Positions 6,985 to 12,390 of a stretch of 12,390 bases of DNA are shown here, piece after piece (the stretch's first letter is position 1; each line of letters begins with the position of its first letter). This DNA comes from Chthoniobacteraceae bacterium. Its GTDB lineage: Bacteria > Verrucomicrobiota > Verrucomicrobiia > Chthoniobacterales > Chthoniobacteraceae. The position numbers were made by a program, and so were the translations under genes. The notes under the pieces were generated by a model. That model was not told the DNA's origin. It made no database searches and saw only the letters and a program-made list of their open reading frames with translations. Where the stretch lies: assembly GCA_031409335.1 (NCBI GenBank), contig JANNWY010000259.1, positions 1 to 12,390 on the forward strand. Reading direction: 5' to 3'.

Positions 6985-8001
6985 ATGATCATCATCACCA
7001 AACCCGGCGCGACCGCGGAGCAAATCGAGCACATCCTCGCTCGCATCAAGGAGTGGGGCCTGAAGGCCGAAGTCAGCCGGGGTGCGATCCGGACCGTGAT
7101 CGGCGTCATCGGGGCCGAGGATCAAATACGCGAAAAGCCGATCGCCGCCATACCCGGTGTGGAAAGCGCGACGCCGGTGCTGAAACCATACAAACTCGTC
7201 GCCCGCGAATTTCGCGGCGGGAATTCGGGCGCGGTGAAAATCGGCGATGTGGAAGTGGGCGGCAATGAAGTCGTGGTGATGAGCGGACCGTGTTCCGTCG
7301 AGAGCGCCGGGCAGATCATCGACATCGCGAAGGCGATCAAAAAAGCGGGCGCGAAAATCCTCCGTGGCGGCGCATTCAAGCCGCGCACTTCGCCGTACAG
7401 TTTTCAAGGTCTCGGAGCGGATGGATTAAAAATGCTCGCCGAAGCGCGCGCCGCGACCGGCCTTCCCGTCATCACCGAGATCATGGACACGAAGGATCTC
7501 GAAGTGATCGAGAAATACGCCGACTGCCTCCAGATCGGCGCGCGCAACATGCAGAACTTTTCGCTGCTCAAGGAAGTCGGAAAATCGAAGCTGCCCGTGA
7601 TGCTGAAGCGCGGGATGAGCGCGACGATCAAGGACCTGCTGATGAGCGCCGAATACATTCTCAGCGAGGGAAATTTCAACGTGCTGCTCTGCGAACGCGG
7701 CATCCGCACGTTTGAGACCTACACGCGGAACACGCTCGATCTGAACGCCGTCCCAGTGCTGAAAGCCGAGACCCACCTCCCGATCGTCGTCGATCCCACG
7801 CACGGCATCGGTCTGCGCGAGCACATCCTCCCGATGGCCCTTGCCGCCATCGCCGCGGGCGCGGATTCCATCATGGTGGAAGTCCACAACTCACCCGAAC
7901 TCGCGAAGAGCGACGGCGAACAGGCGCTGCTCCCGGAGGAATTCGCGGATCTCATGCAGCGCGCGCGGAAAGTCGCGGAAGCCGTTGGGCGCTCAATGTA
8001 G
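6985..8001 (+). CDS. aroF: 3-deoxy-7-phosphoheptulonate (DAHP) synthase, type I-beta with N-terminal ACT/ferredoxin-like regulatory domain, 338 aa
   Basis: [61 protein letters not shown]. The N-terminal ~65-aa [10 protein letters not shown]...VIGVIG domain is as in Thermotoga-type enzymes. Confidence 0.97.
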   Translation: MIIITKPGATAEQIEHILARIKEWGLKAEVSRGAIRTVIGVIGAEDQIREKPIAAIPGVESATPVLKPYKLVAREFRGGNSGAVKIGDVEVGGNEVVVMSGPCSVESAGQIIDIAKAIKKAGAKILRGGAFKPRTSPYSFQGLGADGLKMLAEARAATGLPVITEIMDTKDLEVIEKYADCLQIGARNMQNFSLLKEVGKSKLPVMLKRGMSATIKDLLMSAEYILSEGNFNVLLCERGIRTFETYTRNTLDLNAVPVLKAETHLPIVVDPTHGIGLREHILPMALAAIAAGADSIMVEVHNSPELAKSDGEQALLPEEFADLMQRARKVAEAVGRSM

Positions 8002-8103
8002 GCGGGGGTTTCAACCTCGCTCCGCGCAGCGGCCAAATCTCCAGCGCGGAAAGAAAACTAATCTCGCTTTGCTCGCCCGGGCGAGGTTGGAAACCCCGCC
8101 TAT
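7998..8103. repeat. GTAG-family REP/REPIN-like inverted repeat between convergent genes, possible bidirectional terminator
   Basis: Left arm TAGGCGGGGGTTTCAACCTCGC (7999-8020, preceded by G to give GTAG) and right arm GCGAGGTTGGAAACCCCGCCTA (8081-8102) match at 20/22 as inverted repeats, with a 60-nt spacer. Confidence 0.8.
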
Positions 8104-8107
8104 TGCT

Positions 8108-8596
8108 TCACCCCAGCAGCCCTGCGACCTGCTGCTGCACGTCCGCGATCTGATCCATCCGCAATTGCGGATCGGGGATGATGAAGACCTCGCCTGTTTT
8201 CGCGTGCTCGTAGATCCGCGTGAGCGAGCCGTCGTCGCTGCGTTTCACCTCGATCTCCTTCAGCAGTTTTTTCCGCTCCAGCATCACCGCGAGGATGTAG
8301 CGCGCGTTGGAATGCTCCGGTGAACTTTCCGCCATGTATCGCCGCAGCAAATCCTCGGCGGTTTGTTTCCCCAGCGTCTCGGGGACAGCGACCGGCACTT
8401 CAAATTTCGAGCGCCAGAATGAATACGGCTGAATGTTTTCGTTGCGCGCCTTAAAGGCAGTCTCGCTCAAATCCTCACGGCGAAATTCCCCGCGTTCGTC
8501 GTAAAGCAGCGTGTAAAAAAAGTCGCTGTCATTGAACGGCTCTCCGGTTGCGGCGCAGCGTTCGGCACGATGTTGTATGGTCCATTCCTGATTCAT
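8108..8596 (-). CDS. Conserved hypothetical protein (PVC-type), 162 aa
   Basis: ATG 8596 overlaps the permease stop (ATGA). Sequence MNQEWTIQHRAERCAATGEPF...FYTLL...RREDLSE...YSFWRS...RYILAVMLERKKLLK...FIIPDPQL has natural composition and resembles an uncharacterised family I associate with PVC genomes. Confidence 0.8.
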   Translation of the reverse strand: MNQEWTIQHRAERCAATGEPFNDSDFFYTLLYDERGEFRREDLSETAFKARNENIQPYSFWRSKFEVPVAVPETLGKQTAEDLLRRYMAESSPEHSNARYILAVMLERKKLLKEIEVKRSDDGSLTRIYEHAKTGEVFIIPDPQLRMDQIADVQQQVAGLLG

Positions 8597-9732
8597 TTGC
8601 GTTTGAAAGTGAGCGATGGCAGATCGCGATTCGTCGAGCGGAAATACAGCAGGATCAGCCCGAGCACGAAAAAAACCGCGTTGGGAACCCACGCCGAGGC
8701 GAGCGCGTTCATCCGCCAGCCTTTGCCGAGCGCGAGGAAAAGGTACGTCGAAAGCATCAGCCCCGCGTAGAGGAAGATCGCCGCCGCGATGCCGCCCACC
8801 GCACCGCGCCGCGAGAAAACGATGGCCAGCGGCGCACCGAAAATGACGACGACCAGCGCCTGAAATGGAAAGGCCCAGCGGTGGAAATAGTACGCGCGAT
8901 ACGGCGCGAGCTGCTCCTCCGGAAAATCACCGTTGAAATCCAGATACTCGCGCAGCTCGGGCACCGTCAGATTTTGCGGCTCGTATTGCGCGCTTGAGAT
9001 GCGCCACGGCGTTTCCGTCCAGCCTTCGATCTTTCGCACGCCAGTCTGAAAATCCTCGCGCCCGGCCACGTCGCCCGACGGCGTGAAATCCACCCGCATC
9101 CCCCGCTCCAGGATCCACGTCCGCGTCTTCGCATCGAACTGCGCGCGGCGCGCGTACCACTTCGACGCGATGGCACCATCCGGCCCGTGCTGCGTGATGT
9201 GGACGTGATCGAGCGCGCCTGTTGCCTGGCGGAAACGCTTGATGAACCATGTCCGACTATTTTGCCGTTCGCGGAAAAAATATCCCTCAAGAATCTCCTG
9301 CTTTCCGGCCTTGTGCGCGCGGGTGATCTGCCCGAGCGCCGCCTTCTTGGTCGCCTCGGCGCGCGGTGCCGCCTCATAGTTCAGCAGCATCAAGCCGCCG
9401 GTCAGAATCAGCCCAGCCACCGCCAGGGGCAGGATGATTCGCGTCACACTGCGTCCGGCGGTGAGCATGGAGATAATCTCATTCGAGCGCGACATCCGGC
9501 TCAGGCAAAAGATCAGCGCCAGCAGCATTCCCACCGGCATTGAAATCAGGATGATCTGCGGCAGTTGCGTGAGATAAAAGACGCCCACCTGCTTCAAGGA
9601 GGCGCGCGCCTGTAAAAAGTCCTGCCCGTTGTCGGCGAGATCGAACACCAGCCAGATCGCGAGGAAGCCGAACGAGCAGATGAAAAACGGCTCGAGAAAA
9701 TTGCGCAGCAGGTAACGGTCGAGCAGCTTCAT
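8593..9732 (-). CDS. LptF/LptG (YjgP/YjgQ) family LPS export permease, 379 aa
   Basis: MKLLDRYLLRNFL start, three N-terminal TM helices, MSRSNEIISMLTAGRS coupling helix, beta-rich periplasmic domain, HRWAFPF, three C-terminal TMs ending AWVPN. Confidence 0.93.
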   Translation of the reverse strand: MKLLDRYLLRNFLEPFFICSFGFLAIWLVFDLADNGQDFLQARASLKQVGVFYLTQLPQIILISMPVGMLLALIFCLSRMSRSNEIISMLTAGRSVTRIILPLAVAGLILTGGLMLLNYEAAPRAEATKKAALGQITRAHKAGKQEILEGYFFRERQNSRTWFIKRFRQATGALDHVHITQHGPDGAIASKWYARRAQFDAKTRTWILERGMRVDFTPSGDVAGREDFQTGVRKIEGWTETPWRISSAQYEPQNLTVPELREYLDFNGDFPEEQLAPYRAYYFHRWAFPFQALVVVIFGAPLAIVFSRRGAVGGIAAAIFLYAGLMLSTYLFLALGKGWRMNALASAWVPNAVFFVLGLILLYFRSTNRDLPSLTFKRK

Positions 9733-9774
9733 CGGAAGGGGCGGCGATTTAAGCCGGGCGCGCTGCGATTGCCA
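9733..9774 (-). promoter_or_regulatory. Putative promoter of the LptF/G gene
   Basis: Minus strand TGGCAA (9774-9769)-N16-TTAAAT (9752-9747)-CGCCGCCC-N6-ATG, the same geometry as upstream of aroF. Confidence 0.35.
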
Positions 9775-9796
9775 TGAGAAAGCGATCCCGCGCGCT

Positions 9797-12388
9797 TCAC
9801 CGCTCGTTCCCAAGCGCGAGTGCGATCGCTTCCTTTTGCGACAACTTGCGGCCCGCGCTCCGCGCCACCTCCGCTTCGGGAGTCGCGAGCGGCCCCACGG
9901 CAGCGCTCATCAGCGCGACGAACGCGGGGTGATCCGTCGCACCCGTGGAAATACCAAAGCCCGCGCGCAGTGCCTCCGCGGCACCGAGCAACCGCGCGCC
10001 ACGTTCGTAATTGTGTTCTGCCAGCGCGAGCATCGCGAACGCCTCGATCGGATAAGGAATGCCCCAAAAATTCCCGAGATCGACCCCGACACCTAGGCAC
10101 GCCGCGAAATGCGCACGCGCTTCATCGAACCGGCCGAGCACCGTCGCGCTCACTCCGACGGACCACTCGACGATGAGTGCCATCCACAAATCGCCGAGTT
10201 CACGGTAGAGCGCGAAACTTTCCTGATCGAGCGCGAATGCGCGGGCGTAGTCGCGCTCCGCTGCCGCGATCGTCGCCTCCGCATGGCGCACATGCGCCGT
10301 GAGTCGCGGGTCGCGGAGCACTTCCGTTGCTTGCGATGCTTCGCTTGCCAGCGCTTTCGCACCTTCCAAGTCGCGCGCATCCACTGCGTGCAGCGACAGG
10401 CAGGCGAGCGCGCGCGCAGCGCCGCCGTCATCGTTCAGCTCGCGGTAAATCGCGTGCGTCTCCGCTTCGTACTCGCGCGCTTTCAACGTGTCGTCGGCCA
10501 CCCACGCCAGCCGCCCCACCGCCGCCAGCGCGCGCGCCCGCGCGGCACTTCGCGGAGCCGCGTCCGGCTGCGCGAGCAGCCGCTCGAAGGCCGTGCGCGC
10601 CTCTTTGAACAGCCCGCGAAATTCCACGAACCGCGCCGTCGCCGCGAGCAGCCGCAGACCTTTCTGAATCTGCCCGGGAAGCTCGACGCTCGCCTCCACC
10701 GCGAAGCGCAGATTGATCTCTTCGAGTTCCATCCGGGCCAGCCATTTTCGCTGTTCCGCACCGATGATTCGAGGCTCGGCCGCTTCCGCGAAATTCAAAA
10801 AGTAATCCATGTGCCGCTCGCGCAAGCGATCCGTCTCACCAGCTTCGGCGAGCTTTTCGTGGGTGTAGTCCCAGAGCGATTCCAGCATGAAATATCGCGC
10901 GCCGTACTCGGGTGATTTTTCGACCGTGACGAGCGACTTATCGACGAGCTGGGTCAGCAAATCGACAATCTCCCACACCTCCAATCCGTCGCCCGAGCAC
11001 ACCGCTTCGATCGCCTCCAGCGTGCGTCCGCGGCCAAACACCGAGAGCCGCCGCAGCAATCGCCGCTCGGAATCGTTGAGCAGATCGTGGCTCCAGTCGA
11101 TCAGCGAACGCAGCGTCTGCTGACGCGGCTCGGCGGTGCGGCTGCCCGTGGTGAGCAGGTGAAAACGGTCGTCGAGCCGCTCGGCGATTTGCTGGAGCGT
11201 GAGGACTTTGGTGCGCGCGGCGGCGAGTTCGATCGCGAGCGGGATGCCATCGAGCCGCCAGCAGATTTGCGCGATCAGCGGCGCGTTTTCATTCGTGAGG
11301 GAAAACGCGGGCCGCGCCACGACCGCGCGCTCGATGAAAAGGCGCACCGCTTCATACTGCGTCAGCCGCTCGATCGCATCCGGCCCGCCGACGATGTCGC
11401 GCCAGCGATCCGGCAGCGAGAGTGCGGGCAGCGACCACGCTTTCTCGCCCGCGATCCCGAGCGCCTCGCGACTGCTCGCGAGGATACGCAGATGCGGGCA
11501 CGCGCGCAGGAGCACTTCCGCCAGCCGCGCGCACGCGGAGACGACGTGTTCGCAGTTGTCGAAAATCAGCAGCAAATTTTTCGCGCGCAGAAAACTCGTG
11601 AGTGTCGTCGCGAGCTGGCGGTCGGGCTCCTGCCGGACATCGAGCGCGCTCGCGACCGTCTCAGCGACCAGCGCCGGATCGTCGATCGTGGCAAGCTCAA
11701 CGAGCCACACGCCGTCGGGAAATTTATCGAACAGCTCCGCGGCCACTTGCAGCGAGAGGCGCGTTTTTCCGGTGCCGCCGGTGCCGGTGAGCGTGAGCAG
11801 GTGCGTGCTTTCCAGCAGCCGCTTGGCCTCTTCCATTTCGCGCTCGCGCCCGATGAATCCGGTGAGCTGCACCGGCAGATTGTTCGGCACATTTTCCAGC
11901 GAACGCAGCGGCGGAAAATCCGACGGCAGATCGTTGGCGAGAAGCTGGTAAATGTTTTCCGGGCGCGCGAGATCGCGCAGGCGGTGCTCGCCGAGATGCC
12001 GCAGCCGCACGCCTTCCGGCAGGCTGTCGCGCACCAGCGCCTCCGCTGCCAGCGAGAGCAGCGTCTGCCCGCCGTGCCCGGATGACAGAATGCGACTCAC
12101 GCGATTCAAAGCCTGCCCGAAATAATCCCCATCGCGAAACTCCGCCGCGCCCGTGTGCACCGCCATCCGCACTCGCAGGTCGCCCACGTCGTCCCATGAC
12201 TCCATCCGCAAAAGCCGCTGCGCCGTGAGCACGGCGCTCACCGCGCTCTGCGCCGTGTCGAATGCCACGCAAAACGCGTCGCCGATTGTCTTGAAAACCA
12301 GCCCGCCGTGCGAGTCGAACGCCTCGCGCAGGATCGTGTCGTGCTTTGCCAGAGCGAGCGCCATCGCATCCGGAAAACGCTCCCATCG
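9797..12388 (-). CDS. Class III adenylate/guanylate cyclase - STAND (NB-ARC-like) ATPase - TPR-like protein, 5' end outside window
   Basis: The frame stays open past the track start (RWERFPDAM...). Cyclase motifs FKTIGDAF, RVRMAVHTG, DYFGQALNRVSRI, LGEHRLRDL. STAND motifs NNLP, FIGRERE, Walker A GTGGTGKTRL, Walker B LLIFDNCEH, LDGIPLAIELAA, RQQTLRSLIDWSHDLL. Ala-rich helical repeats at the C-terminus. Confidence 0.93.
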   Translation of the reverse strand, partial: RWERFPDAMALALAKHDTILREAFDSHGGLVFKTIGDAFCVAFDTAQSAVSAVLTAQRLLRMESWDDVGDLRVRMAVHTGAAEFRDGDYFGQALNRVSRILSSGHGGQTLLSLAAEALVRDSLPEGVRLRHLGEHRLRDLARPENIYQLLANDLPSDFPPLRSLENVPNNLPVQLTGFIGREREMEEAKRLLESTHLLTLTGTGGTGKTRLSLQVAAELFDKFPDGVWLVELATIDDPALVAETVASALDVRQEPDRQLATTLTSFLRAKNLLLIFDNCEHVVSACARLAEVLLRACPHLRILASSREALGIAGEKAWSLPALSLPDRWRDIVGGPDAIERLTQYEAVRLFIERAVVARPAFSLTNENAPLIAQICWRLDGIPLAIELAAARTKVLTLQQIAERLDDRFHLLTTGSRTAEPRQQTLRSLIDWSHDLLNDSERRLLRRLSVFGRGRTLEAIEAVCSGDGLEVWEIVDLLTQLVDKSLVTVEKSPEYGARYFMLESLWDYTHEKLAEAGETDRLRERHMDYFLNFAEAAEPRIIGAEQRKWLARMELEEINLRFAVEASVELPGQIQKGLRLLAATARFVEFRGLFKEARTAFERLLAQPDAAPRSAARARALAAVGRLAWVADDTLKAREYEAETHAIYRELNDDGGAARALACLSLHAVDARDLEGAKALASEASQATEVLRDPRLTAHVRHAEATIAAAERDYARAFALDQESFALYRELGDLWMALIVEWSVGVSATVLGRFDEARAHFAACLGVGVDLGNFWGIPYPIEAFAMLALAEHNYERGARLLGAAEALRAGFGISTGATDHPAFVALMSAAVGPLATPEAEVARSAGRKLSQKEAIALALGNER

Positions 12389-12390
12389 CT

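Noticed and set aside
1..12390. tRNA, rRNA or riboswitch
   Set aside because: No cloverleaf/T-loop or rRNA signature recognised. Intergenic gaps are short or otherwise explained. A covariance-model search was not possible.

Overview
GC-rich bacterial window. Gene content and repeat style suggest Verrucomicrobiota/PVC (inference, not a database result). The left ~1.7 kb is accessory: the 5' end of an IS1-family element running off the edge, a small antitoxin-like ORF apparently broken by a GGGGTC-type motif, a two-gene operon resembling the Mycobacterium tuberculosis MenA1-MenT1 tRNA-nucleotidyltransferase toxin-antitoxin pair, and then an unexplained array of ~14 degenerate 21-bp units with a TCCAAG core. 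The rest is mostly core or envelope genes. A minus-strand cluster runs lipoprotein > GH-clan-A/GT2 fusion > GT-C membrane glycosyltransferase > queA. A divergent type I-beta DAHP synthase ends in a GTAG REP-like palindrome. A second minus-strand run is class III cyclase-STAND ATPase-TPR gene (5'-truncated) > LptF/G permease > conserved hypothetical. The best novelty candidates are the MenAT1-like module with its adjacent 21-bp array, and the GH-GT2/GT-C glycan cluster. All family calls come from motif recognition by eye.
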